From NCBI GenBank assembly GCA_003566635.1, contig PXCK01000085.1, positions 1,241 through 65,240 on the forward strand: a stretch of DNA of 64,000 nucleotides, read 5' to 3'. The notes beneath the pieces were generated by a model. The model ran no database searches. It was given only the letters and a program-made list of their open reading frames with translations, and was not told the DNA's origin. Position numbers and translations under genes: made by a program. Positions 49,362 through 59,100 of this stretch are shown in pieces. The DNA comes from Balneolia bacterium. Lineage in GTDB: Bacteria > Bacteroidota > Rhodothermia > Balneolales > Cyclonatronaceae. Positions within the stretch are counted from its first letter, which is position 1; each line of letters starts with the position of its first letter.

Positions 49362-50412
49362 AGCTCATTTCTAACATTCTATCTAATGATTTTTTTGCAC
49401 GTATCCTTATATCTTCATCTAATTCGATTTGATATTTATCTTCTCTCAAGCAAGTCAACGTATCCTCAAGAGTAATTTCATTCATATGCGGGCAACGTAT
49501 ACTGCATAATCCCAGCATTTCTTTTTCAGGGTTTTCGGCTGCAATATTGTCACTCATGCTACATTCAGTCAAAATCAAAAACTGTTCACTATCTGAGTTT
49601 TTAACATAATCTACTATTGCTGTTGTAGAGCCGCTGTAATCCGATGCTTCTACAACTTCCGGCGGACATTCCGGGTGAGCAAGAACTTCAACATCAGGAA
49701 ATTGAGCACGAGCATTTACGATATCACTTACGGTAAATTTCTCGTGAACTTCACACTTTCCATCCCAAATTATCATAGATTCTCTTAATTCGTTACCGTC
49801 TGCAGCCTCTGAAGGTAATATTACTTTTTTACCGGTTTCTTTTGCAACATTTTTTGCCAGGAACTCATCAGGTATACAAATAACTACATCACTTTCCAAC
49901 TTTCTAACTATATCTACTGCATTACTTGATGTACAGCAAACATCTGTTTCGGCTTTTACATCAGCATAAGTATTTATGTAGGTAACAACAGGAACTCCGG
50001 GATACTTTTTCTTAAGCTTGCGCACGTCCTCGGCAGTTATGGCCGCAGCAAGGGAACATCCGGCTACCTTAGCAGGAAGAAGTACCATTCTTTGCGGATT
50101 TAGAATTTTGGCTGTTTCAGCCATAAATCTAACTCCACAAAATACAATCCTGTCAGCTGTTGATTTTGCCGCTATTCTGCTCAATCCCAACGAGTCTCCA
50201 ACGTAGTCAGGTATACTGTGGAATAAGGCAGGCTCCATATAGTTGTGCCCAAGGATAACAGCATTTTTTTCTTTTTTTATCCTATTTATCTCGTATGCGA
50301 TTTCGGCTTTGTAATAAAGCTCTGCATCGGGTACAACATTTCCAATTTTATTTTTTAGCAGCTCGTAAGTTTCTGCTACAGAAGCCGCATTTTGAATAGT
50401 GCTCATGTCCAA
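49360..50412 (-). CDS. nadA: quinolinate synthase
   Basis: 350 aa with the NadA pattern ILGHNYM, three-fold repeat organisation and conserved Cys residues (CCTSSNA, HPECPPEV, CPHMN). Confidence 0.92.
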   Translation of the reverse strand: MDMSTIQNAASVAETYELLKNKIGNVVPDAELYYKAEIAYEINRIKKEKNAVILGHNYMEPALFHSIPDYVGDSLGLSRIAAKSTADRIVFCGVRFMAETAKILNPQRMVLLPAKVAGCSLAAAITAEDVRKLKKKYPGVPVVTYINTYADVKAETDVCCTSSNAVDIVRKLESDVVICIPDEFLAKNVAKETGKKVILPSEAADGNELRESMIIWDGKCEVHEKFTVSDIVNARAQFPDVEVLAHPECPPEVVEASDYSGSTTAIVDYVKNSDSEQFLILTECSMSDNIAAENPEKEMLGLCSIRCPHMNEITLEDTLTCLREDKYQIELDEDIRIRAKKSLDRMLEMS

Positions 50413-50426
50413 TTTGATTAATTATC

Positions 50427-50460
50427 GAAAAAAAAGAGGAACAAAATAGATTGTTCCTCT
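50427..50460 (-). terminator. rho-independent terminator after rpsA
   Basis: Perfect 10-bp stem AGAGGAACAA/TTGTTCCTCT. An A8 run on the plus strand gives a U-tract on the minus strand. Confidence 0.75.
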
Positions 50461-50489
50461 TTGTAATGAACTAATAATAAAACAAAAGA

Positions 50490-52577
50490 TTACTCAGATT
50501 TCGTTTCTTTCTCAGAAACTGGCTCATCTTCGGTTTTAGCTTCAGCTTTTTTTGACTTTGTCTTTTTAGCCTCAGACTTTTTTGTCTCAGCCTTTTTAGT
50601 TTCAGCTTTAGCTGTTTTTTTATCTTCTGTTTTCTTAAGCTCGTCCTTAAGATTTGCAAGACCAGACATTTCACCTAATGTTAATGCACCTGATAACTCT
50701 TGCTGTTCTTTTTTCTTTTGAGCTTTTTGGTATTCTTTTAACGCTTTTTTGCGTTCAGAGTCATCCTGGCTTAGCGAGATATTACGACCTGGTTCATCGA
50801 ACTCGGTAATAACAACTTTCACAGTAGAATCTACTTTGAAATCTTCCTTGAAAGACTCCGGTGACTCTGCTTTACTAGCCGGGAAAAAACCTTCTAAATT
50901 ATGAGGCAACTTTACAAATGCTCCCTTATCAGTTAAACGGCTTACTGTTCCCTCAACCTCAGAACCCAATGGATATTCTTTGGCGAATGCATCCCATGGA
51001 TTTTCAGAAATTTGCTTGTGACCTAAGGAAATTCTTCTGTTATCAAAATCTATTGAAAGGATAGAAACATCAATTTCATCGCCTTTGTTAACAATTTCGC
51101 TTGGATGGTTAATTTTGTCTGTCCAGCTTAGGTCAGAGATGTGAACCAAGCCATCGATGCCGGGCTCCAATTCAACAAACACACCGAAGTTAGTTAAGTT
51201 ACGAACCACACCTTTATGCTTGGAATCCATTGGATAACGATCAGTTATGTCTTTCCAAGGATCATTTTCAAGCTGTTTCACTCCAAGTGATACTTTCTTC
51301 TCGTCTTTGTTGATGCTTAATACAGCACACTCTATTACTTGGTTTTTCTCAACTAACTGAGATGGGTGTTTAATGTGTTGAGTCCAGGACATTTCACTGA
51401 TATGGACTAAACCTTCAATACCTTTTTCAAGTTCAATGAAAGCACCGTAATCTGCAATTGATACTACTTTACCTTGAACTACTGCACCTTCAGGATATTT
51501 TTCATCAATTTTATCCCATGGATGTGGCTGTAATTGTTTTAAGCCAAGAGAAATCCTCTTTCTTTGTTCATCAAACTCAAGCACTACAACGTTCAAGCGT
51601 TGGTCTAGCTTACAAATTTCTGATGGATGATCTACACGTCCCCAACTTAAATCTGTAATGTGCAATAGACCGTCTACGCCACCGAGGTCGATAAAGACAC
51701 CGAAATCGGTAATGTTTTTAACAACACCCTCAAGGATTTGACCTGCTTCCATAGTAGCAAGTATTTCCTGGCGTTGATCTTCAAGGTCAGTTTCAACCAA
51801 TGCTCTGTGAGAAACAACTACGTTCTCGCTAGACATGTTTAGTTTAACGAGAAGGAATTCCATAGTACGACCAACATAAGCGTCGAAGTCACGTACTGGC
51901 CGAACATCAATTTGTGAACCCGGCAAGAAAGCATCAATACCAAATACATCTACAACCATACCACCTTTGATACGTCTTTTGATGTAACCTTCAATAACCG
52001 TTTGAGATTCGAAGCACTCTTCAATTTTCTGCCATACACGCAGGGTGTCTGCTTTTCTTCTTGAAAGAACGAGTTGACCATCACGATCTTCTACTCTATC
52101 TAAGAAAACTTCAATTTCATCACCCGGCTTAATTTCTTCGCCGTCTTTAAATTCATTGAGAGGGATAATACCTTCAGATTTGAATCCGATATCTACAATT
52201 ACATATTTATCATCTAGAGATACGATTCGACCTGTTACAATTTCTTTTTCAGTAATAGAAGTAAGTGTGCCTTCGTACATTTGAAGCATATCTTCAAACT
52301 CAGAATCTGTATAATCTTCTGACGCTTCAACTAATTCATCTAAAGTATATACTTTTTCATTTCTCTCGCCTGTAAAGGTAGGAATTTCTTTTTCTACTTC
52401 TTTAGGGGCTTCTTCTGTAACTACAGGCTCGGCTACGGTTTCAGCAGTATCACTTGTGGTAGTTTCTTCTGCTACAGCTTCCTCAACAGCGGGCGCTTCT
52501 TTTTCAGCAACAGCTTCTGTTACTTCTTTTTCTGCTTCTGTGGTTACTTCTTCTTGCTTTTTGGTTTCTTCTGACAT
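50490..52577 (-). CDS. rpsA: 30S ribosomal protein S1 with extended acidic N-terminal and Lys-rich C-terminal tails
   Basis: Six S1/OB repeats (recurrent G.V....FG.F..L..G..GL.HIS motifs); 695 aa. Confidence 0.93.
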   Translation of the reverse strand: MSEETKKQEEVTTEAEKEVTEAVAEKEAPAVEEAVAEETTTSDTAETVAEPVVTEEAPKEVEKEIPTFTGERNEKVYTLDELVEASEDYTDSEFEDMLQMYEGTLTSITEKEIVTGRIVSLDDKYVIVDIGFKSEGIIPLNEFKDGEEIKPGDEIEVFLDRVEDRDGQLVLSRRKADTLRVWQKIEECFESQTVIEGYIKRRIKGGMVVDVFGIDAFLPGSQIDVRPVRDFDAYVGRTMEFLLVKLNMSSENVVVSHRALVETDLEDQRQEILATMEAGQILEGVVKNITDFGVFIDLGGVDGLLHITDLSWGRVDHPSEICKLDQRLNVVVLEFDEQRKRISLGLKQLQPHPWDKIDEKYPEGAVVQGKVVSIADYGAFIELEKGIEGLVHISEMSWTQHIKHPSQLVEKNQVIECAVLSINKDEKKVSLGVKQLENDPWKDITDRYPMDSKHKGVVRNLTNFGVFVELEPGIDGLVHISDLSWTDKINHPSEIVNKGDEIDVSILSIDFDNRRISLGHKQISENPWDAFAKEYPLGSEVEGTVSRLTDKGAFVKLPHNLEGFFPASKAESPESFKEDFKVDSTVKVVITEFDEPGRNISLSQDDSERKKALKEYQKAQKKKEQQELSGALTLGEMSGLANLKDELKKTEDKKTAKAETKKAETKKSEAKKTKSKKAEAKTEDEPVSEKETKSE

Positions 52578-52904
52578 TAAATGTTTCCGTTAAAAATGCC
52601 ACTTGTTATTATCATTCAACAACAACAACAAGGGAATAGGGTTAAAATTTGATTAATTATTGTTTTTTAAAGGTTTCTCTAAAATTGTACTTTAGAGAGC
52701 CTTAAATATAAAAAAAAATATTTATAAATGCACCAATACATAGAATCACAAATCTTAAAACTTTACGAGGTTGGAGTTTTTTGGGGTGCCAGCAAGTTGT
52801 TGCTGATTTATTTTAGAGAATAGCCGATTGTTTAATCTAACAAGTGGTTTTTTAGTATACTTTTGTTAATACTTTCAAGCTCGCCTCCACTTTGACTTAA
52901 ATGG

Positions 52905-53190
52905 ATTTGTTAACCACAACGAACACAACGAAGTCACAAAGATCACAACGTCCATAAAAACTCAAATCGGTTATCCGAGATCGTTGTGGTTTTATGTTAT
53001 TACAATGGTTATTAACGATACTTGACACCTATTGTCGCCATCTACTCCCAACTACATGGTTGGCTTATCGGGAGATTAATCTGCGCCCCTTTACTACCTG
53101 ATAGAGACTACTACTTTGGAGATGTAATCTGTGTTAATCGGCGTAAATCTGCTTTATCCCGGAAACCAGGGACAAGTTCTGTGGTTTAAT
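52905..53190. repeat. degenerate intergenic repeat element E1 (tandem CACAACG units plus inverted arms)
   Basis: Four tandem ~10-nt units AACCACAACG/AACACAACG/AAGTCACAAAG/ATCACAACG at 52912-52950. A perfect 10-bp inverted partner CGTTGTGGTT lies at 52982-52991. The right arm carries ATCTGTG, ATCTGCT and TTCTGTGGTTT units at 53127-53187. Confidence 0.6.
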
Positions 53191-53418
53191 TACTAAAGGA
53201 CTTAGGTGCTAATCATTAATTTCTTACAACGAACTCCGTATAGACCGAATGGTCATAACAGTTCACATAAGTTTTTTTTGTGTAAAAAATAATATTATCC
53301 AATACCTCAAAATAAAAACTTCCCATATGCCATCATAAAGTCCAATCAATATCGATTATTGTAGTTTTTTAACCTCAAAATTCCGATTTTACAGTTTCTA
53401 TTATTAACACATAAAGCT

Positions 53419-54795
53419 ATGATTATGAAGATAAATATTAAGACTGTTGTCTTTATTACTTTAATGGGATGGTTATTTTATTCGTGTGCCGAACCCACCG
53501 AGACAACTCAAACTGTATCAGATAGCCCATCAGCACCTGAATGGGTACAAAATGCTACTATATATGAAGTAAATGTTCGTCAGTTTTCAGAAGAAGGTAG
53601 TTTTGAACAAGTTCAAGAAGCTTTACCTCGTTTACGTGACCTTGGGGTGGATATTCTATGGCTTATGCCTATTCATCCAATCGGAGAAGTTGAACGAAAA
53701 GGAACAATGGGAAGCTATTACTCAATAAAAGATTACTTTGATGTAAATCCTGAGTTTGGAACAAAGGATGATTTCCGCTCTTTGGTTGAAGCTACTCATG
53801 AGCACGGAATGAAGATAATTTTGGACTGGGTTGCCAATCATACTGCCTGGGATAATCCGTTAACTGAAACAAATCCTGAATTTTATGAGCTTGATGAATC
53901 GGGCAACTTTATGCCACCCCGCGGAACCGATTGGAGTGATGTAATTCAATTGGATTACGAAAACATGGAAGTTTGGGACTACATGGTATCAGCTCTACGC
54001 TACTGGGTAGAAGAATTTAATATTGATGGATATCGTGCTGATGTTGCCTATATGGTACCGACTGAATTCTGGAACAGAGCGAGAGCAGAGCTTGATCAAA
54101 TTAAACCCGTATTTATGGTGGCTGAAGCCGAAACTCCGGAGTTACACCCTGCTTTTGACATGAGCTACGCATGGACGGTACATCATATGCTTAATAGTGT
54201 AGCAGCAGGCGAAGAACCCATTACTCGCATTGATGAGGTATTGGCCGATAATCGTGAACGTTTTCCTGATGATGCCATTATGATGAACTTTACATCAAAC
54301 CATGACGAAAATTCATGGAATGGTACTGTATTTGAAAGGCTTGGTGATGGCGCAAAAGTTTTTGCCGCTTTAACAATCGTAATGGAAGGAATGCCGCTTG
54401 TATACAATGGTCAGGAAGTAGGCTTAAACAAACGCTTAGAATTTTTTGAAAAAGACCCTATTGAATGGGATTTAGAAAGTCCATTTCTTCCCTTTTATAT
54501 GGATTTATTAAATCTAAAGAGAACCAATTCCGCTCTAGGTAATGGAAAATGGGGCGCTCCAATGGTACGCTTCTTAACAACTGCCCCTGAGTCAGTCTAT
54601 AGTTTTTATCGTTCTAATGATGACAATACCGTTATTGCATTGCTTAACCTTACTGATGAACCGGTATCATTTCAAATAAATGATAGAATTCCACTTGGTG
54701 AGTTCAGAAGATTATTTTCCGGTGAAACCGTATTTATAAGTGCTACCGATACTTTCGAATTAGATGCCTGGGGATATACAATTCTTCACCGATAA
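53419..54795 (+). CDS. GH13 alpha-amylase family lipoprotein
   Basis: Lipobox LFYSC. GH13 conserved regions DWVANH, GYRADVA, MVAEAE and FTSNHD. Confidence 0.88.
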   Translation: MIMKINIKTVVFITLMGWLFYSCAEPTETTQTVSDSPSAPEWVQNATIYEVNVRQFSEEGSFEQVQEALPRLRDLGVDILWLMPIHPIGEVERKGTMGSYYSIKDYFDVNPEFGTKDDFRSLVEATHEHGMKIILDWVANHTAWDNPLTETNPEFYELDESGNFMPPRGTDWSDVIQLDYENMEVWDYMVSALRYWVEEFNIDGYRADVAYMVPTEFWNRARAELDQIKPVFMVAEAETPELHPAFDMSYAWTVHHMLNSVAAGEEPITRIDEVLADNRERFPDDAIMMNFTSNHDENSWNGTVFERLGDGAKVFAALTIVMEGMPLVYNGQEVGLNKRLEFFEKDPIEWDLESPFLPFYMDLLNLKRTNSALGNGKWGAPMVRFLTTAPESVYSFYRSNDDNTVIALLNLTDEPVSFQINDRIPLGEFRRLFSGETVFISATDTFELDAWGYTILHR

Positions 54796-54816
54796 AAAAC
54801 TAAGTTTCTTGTCAAA

Positions 54817-54848
54817 AGCCGATCATTTATTTGGTCGGCTTTTTTTAT
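54817..54848 (+). terminator. rho-independent terminator after the amylase gene
   Basis: Stem AGCCGATC/GGTCGGCT (8 bp including one G-U pair) followed by TTTTTTATT. Confidence 0.7.
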
Positions 54849-54949
54849 TCTTGACAATATCTACTAACATGAGTTCGACTTCAATTACACTTTTTTTATC
54901 TGATAGGCACTATTTATTCTCTCCAAAATAAAAAACAATGCCTTTGAGT

Positions 54950-55136
54950 GATTTGAACCACAGAGCCTGCCTGACAGTCAAATACTGAACAAGCCCAAAT
55001 AGTATGGATATGGCAGACAGGTTTCGCAGATTTTTTTCATTTGAAATCGGTAGGCTAATTCCATCCAATTACATCCTGCCTTGTCATTAGGCAAGCTCTG
55101 TGTAACTCCGTGCTTTACTCAGTGACCTCTGTGTTA
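54950..55136. repeat. degenerate intergenic repeat element E2 (CACAGAG/CTCTGTG type), related to E1
   Basis: The left end GATTTGAACCACAGAG parallels E1's GATTTGTTAACCACAACG. Both share an internal AAATCGGT. The right arm has tandem units CTCTGTGTAA, CTCCGTGCTT, CTCAGTGAC and CTCTGTGTTA. Confidence 0.55.
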
Positions 55137-55261
55137 AAAAATTGAGGTGATCAAAATCGAACTCAGGTAATTATTAAGCTGAATTATTCTCGAAAGTATG
55201 GTATTTAAAGCTTAAACTATAGTATATGCCGTAGTTTTTGGACAGTTGCGAGAAATATGGA

Positions 55262-56125
55262 TTACGTTCCAAGTAAAATTACAATAGCAATAACACCTAA
55301 AACGATACCAATTATTTCCTGCCTCTGAAGTCGGTCTTTCCATACAACAAGCCCCACTATTGTCCCAGCAATAATCACTAAAATATTCACAACCGGGTAT
55401 ACAATGCTCGCATCAAGATAGGCAAATGCACGTATGATAAAGATGGCTGCCAGTAAATTTGGTATACCAACCAATAGGCCCAGCCAAATATCACTTTTAC
55501 CCATTTTTTGAATTTCCCCTTTTTGTAAAGCTGTTGCACCGGCTGTAATTAATGCAACAAAAAATACTACCGACATAAAGTGTGCCTCTCTTGCAACATC
55601 TCCCATTTCCATTTCAAATATTTTAAATGAAGTGTCAATTATTCCACTAAAGAAAAACAAAGCCAATAAGAGTATATATTTCCCTACTTTCTGTTTTTCG
55701 AGTTGCCTTCTGGATTGAATCAGGAGATATAGCGATCCGATCACAAACACAATCCCAACAATTTTACCTAAGGTAACTTCTTCGGAGTAAACAGAAAACG
55801 CTACAATAACGGGAATCATGAGTGATAACCTCATTGCTACCAAACTTGCTCCCATACCGTTAAAATCTACTGATTTGGAAAGAATAAAAAGATTAACCAC
55901 AAATAGAATTCCTACAGCTGTACTAAAAATCCAAAACCAAACCGGGAATTCGGGGATTAGTCCAATACCATCTGAATAATTAAGAGATAGTGCAGCAATT
56001 ACAGCAACTAAATAATTTATAGTTAGCACATTAAGTGTTGATCGCTTTCGTATTTCAGCCATTTTTAAAAAATGGGCAATCAACACCGAACACCCCGCAC
56101 TGAGGATTATAAATATCAATCCCAT
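55262..56125 (-). CDS. DMT-superfamily (EamA-like) 10-TM permease
   Basis: 287 aa made of two 5-TM halves. Its ATG directly abuts the sprA stop codon. Confidence 0.7.
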   Translation of the reverse strand: MGLIFIILSAGCSVLIAHFLKMAEIRKRSTLNVLTINYLVAVIAALSLNYSDGIGLIPEFPVWFWIFSTAVGILFVVNLFILSKSVDFNGMGASLVAMRLSLMIPVIVAFSVYSEEVTLGKIVGIVFVIGSLYLLIQSRRQLEKQKVGKYILLLALFFFSGIIDTSFKIFEMEMGDVAREAHFMSVVFFVALITAGATALQKGEIQKMGKSDIWLGLLVGIPNLLAAIFIIRAFAYLDASIVYPVVNILVIIAGTIVGLVVWKDRLQRQEIIGIVLGVIAIVILLGT

Positions 56126-59100
56126 TTACGAGCGAATTGTTATCACAATGTTGAAAACAATATCCTGATCTACCCGTGCAAACACATTGCTCGATCTTGG
56201 GATTAACTGTCTGTAGCTATATTCAAAATTCATTCGGATTGTATCTGAAAATGTATACCCAATACTCGGGGTAATAGTAATTCGTGCATCTCCTCTTTCA
56301 CTTGGTTCGCCGGGTTGATACTGGCTAACATCACGATTTATTTCACTCGGATCACCTCTTAATACTTCGCCAAGGTCATTGTTTAATAAGTAGGTCAAGC
56401 GTACATCTTCGGCATAATTCAAGTTTAGATTAAGATCGAGGGTGTTAGAAAAACGACGGAAAAATGGTAACCTAAATCCTCTTACGCTATACCCAAATTG
56501 TAGAGATACACTTTGGGATGTTTGCTCTAAAACGTTTGAGTTTGAAATACTAAATGAGGTCGTGTTGGTTCTATTATAGTTAGCAGTAGTTCTAAGACCG
56601 TTATTAAAGGTTAAATTCAACCCAACTAGTGGAGAAAATGAACGAGTTAAAGTTATATTATTTGGTTCAAATTCATTTCTAAAATCGACCGATGTAAAGT
56701 CTCCAATTCTACGCGTAACTTCGTTACCTTCGTCGGGGAAAAATCGCCACTGCAGCCTGTAGGTAGAAGTATAATTATGTGAAAAGGACATTCGTTGGAT
56801 ATAGTTTCGAACAAACGGGATTCTTCTTTCCCATCCACCCCATGTAACACGCCAGGTTGGCATTGGAAACGGCATATATGATTTGCCATCAACAGTTGAG
56901 CCAACTCCTGCAAGATAAGAAGCTCTGAATTGTGATTGTATTGTATTCGGGCTAAGAACCATATCCCCATCACCGGAATCTATAATTTCACTACCTTCAT
57001 TTGGTAAATCGTTGAATGCAGTTTGGAGTTGTCGTCTGAAGAAACTGGAATATCCGGCTCCAAATGCCCAAACCGAAGTCTCAATCTCACCACTTTGTGT
57101 AAATTGAGTATTCAGAGAATCCGGAAAAACAGTAATAGAATTCTGTACATTATCCCTCCAACGAATATTCCAATCCAAATCAACAGAAAAATCCCTGAAT
57201 GGAGTAATTCTAGTACGAATTCTCATATCGTTATTAATGTTTTCCTGTTTACTCAAACTTATTATTTCGTTTTCATCTTCGGGCTGCACTAACTGCGCAA
57301 AAGGAATTCGATTATCTAAACCGGTACGGAATAAGAAGGTAGGTGAAAAGTTGTCATCAGTTGTGGGATCATTGAACTGGCTAAAGAATGAAGCTCCTCC
57401 GGCATACCCCGACTGGCTGGACGTTCTGGAGTTTCCATACGTAATATCGAACGTTTGCATACTTACTGTAGCAGCCAATAATGATCTTGCGAAAAATGAA
57501 ATGTTTTCGGCAATGGTATAACGTTCAATTTCCTGTGAGTCGTTTTGCTGCTGGTTCTGCCCCATCCTGCGTACTTGCCCCTGCCGCTGTTGCGGCTCTT
57601 CTACATACTCTTCTCCACGTGCTTCAGCACGTTCACGTTCTCTTTCAATTCGTCTCTGTTCTCGTTCTCTCTCTCTTTGCTCGGAACGTTGCCGCTGTCG
57701 GGTTTCCCTCTGGCGTCTTTCATCTTCCAGACTTTTTACAAAGTTATCATAAAAGGGGACCTTCCTGATCAAATCCTGAAATCTTACATTCAGCGTATTG
57801 TCCAAAGAATATTGATTAGATACGGTGGCACCAAGGTTTCTATCTGCCGGGGAATTCCTCCAGCTAAATCCTCCCCGGTAATTAAATGTATAATTAAGCC
57901 AGCTTAAAGGAGCAATGTTCTGAAATCTAGGACGCCATGAACCACTATAATCTTCAGAATAGAATTCATGTCGCATTTCGATTTCCGGGTTGAAAAATGC
58001 ATCATTCAATACATCAAATGAAGACCTAAGATTGTAAACCGTAGAATCGGCATTAAAGGCACTTCTTGATAAAGGATCTAAATCAAACTCACTCCTATTA
58101 TTAAAGCGCAGTGAGATAGGCGGCATAATATCATAATTGACACTAAATGTATTAACATACGCAAATTGGTGCGTCTGTTGAAGCTGGAATGGCTCCTGAT
58201 CTCCGAATGACCGCCTTTGTGTTTCGCCATACCTTCTATCGATAGTTTGAGTGGTACTAATACTGGTAGGCAAATAAGCAAAACGCAAACCACTTAACAC
58301 ATTTAACACCGGAACATTTTCCATAAACCAAAGTGGTCGCACGGTGTCAATATTCCTGAATGTTAGACTATATGCCAAAGATGCCCGATAGTTCCAGCGG
58401 TCGTCATAAGCATTATTGGGGTTACTGGCAGTGCTTGTCGTATAGTTGTATCCAAGTGTTAGAGGATCGAGCAAATAACGACCCAAAAATGAGCGGGAGT
58501 TATTTTTAGTCCAATTATTAAGGTTGATGGTATAAGAATCGGAACGCGTTTGAATTTCTCTTAATCTTTCGTCAATTATTCGATCTCTTTCCGCGGGGTC
58601 TTCTACTTCATTTTCGATTGCGGTACGGAATTCATCAAAACGGATATCACCTTCTTGAGGTAAAAATCTTGGTGTAGAAATACTGCTTCTTGTGCTTAAG
58701 CTTAAAGGTAAACTCCAACCATAACGCTCAGGAATAAATCTGTGTAAGCTTATATTTGTACTTAAATCGTAGTTAGTCTCATCGCTCTTTCTACGATCAA
58801 TCATACGAGAATTTAATGAGCCGAAACCATCCTGAGTATGGCTAAAACGTGCATTAAAGGTAGCAAAATCAGCCATTTGAATACGCGCACTCACATTACC
58901 TGACCAAGCCCTTTGATTATCAAACCCGGACACTCTTAGCTCATTTAACCACAATTCGGCATTTAGGTTTGGAACCCCCTGACTCCCATTTTCATCTAAC
59001 ATTCGAGCTGAATAACCATCAATTGTTGGGTCCACTTCCCTTCTGCCACCATGAGGGTTTCGTACTCCAAGACCAATCTCAGTTATTCTATCAAGTGATG

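Noticed and set aside
50471-50674. 67-aa K/R/L-rich ORF overlapping the rpsA 3' end
   Set aside because: It is an alternative frame of the repetitive Lys/Ala/Glu-coding tail of S1, an artefact of the AAG/GCT/GAA repeat composition.
52912-52950. CRISPR array suggested by the tandem CACAACG units
   Set aside because: The units are only 9-11 nt with no unique spacers of 25-40 nt between them, and no cas genes are present. This is a short tandem repeat, not a CRISPR.
53150-53200. SRP (4.5S) RNA or tmRNA in the long intergenic regions, from the CCCGGAAACCAGGGACAAG segment
   Set aside because: It lacks the conserved SRP domain IV sequence (GUCCGGAAGGAAGCAGC-like) and lacks tmRNA features such as a GGGG...ACCA acceptor or tag ORF. 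The resemblance is superficial.
52578-53418. Replication origin (oriC) in the 841-bp AT-rich gap, suggested by three TTATCC-containing 9-mers (TTATCCGAG, TTATCCCGG, TTATCCAAT)
   Set aside because: None matches the DnaA-box consensus TTATNCACA in the last four positions. There is no dnaA, dnaN or gidA nearby, and gene orientation does not switch across the region.
57023-57907. Cluster of plus-strand ORFs (57023-57292, 57237-57521, 57481-57768, 57545-57907) within sprA
   Set aside because: They are antisense to the continuous 7.4-kb sprA frame. They arise from the stop-poor CT/GT-rich tract encoding the Arg/Glu/Gln insert and have no start or RBS context.
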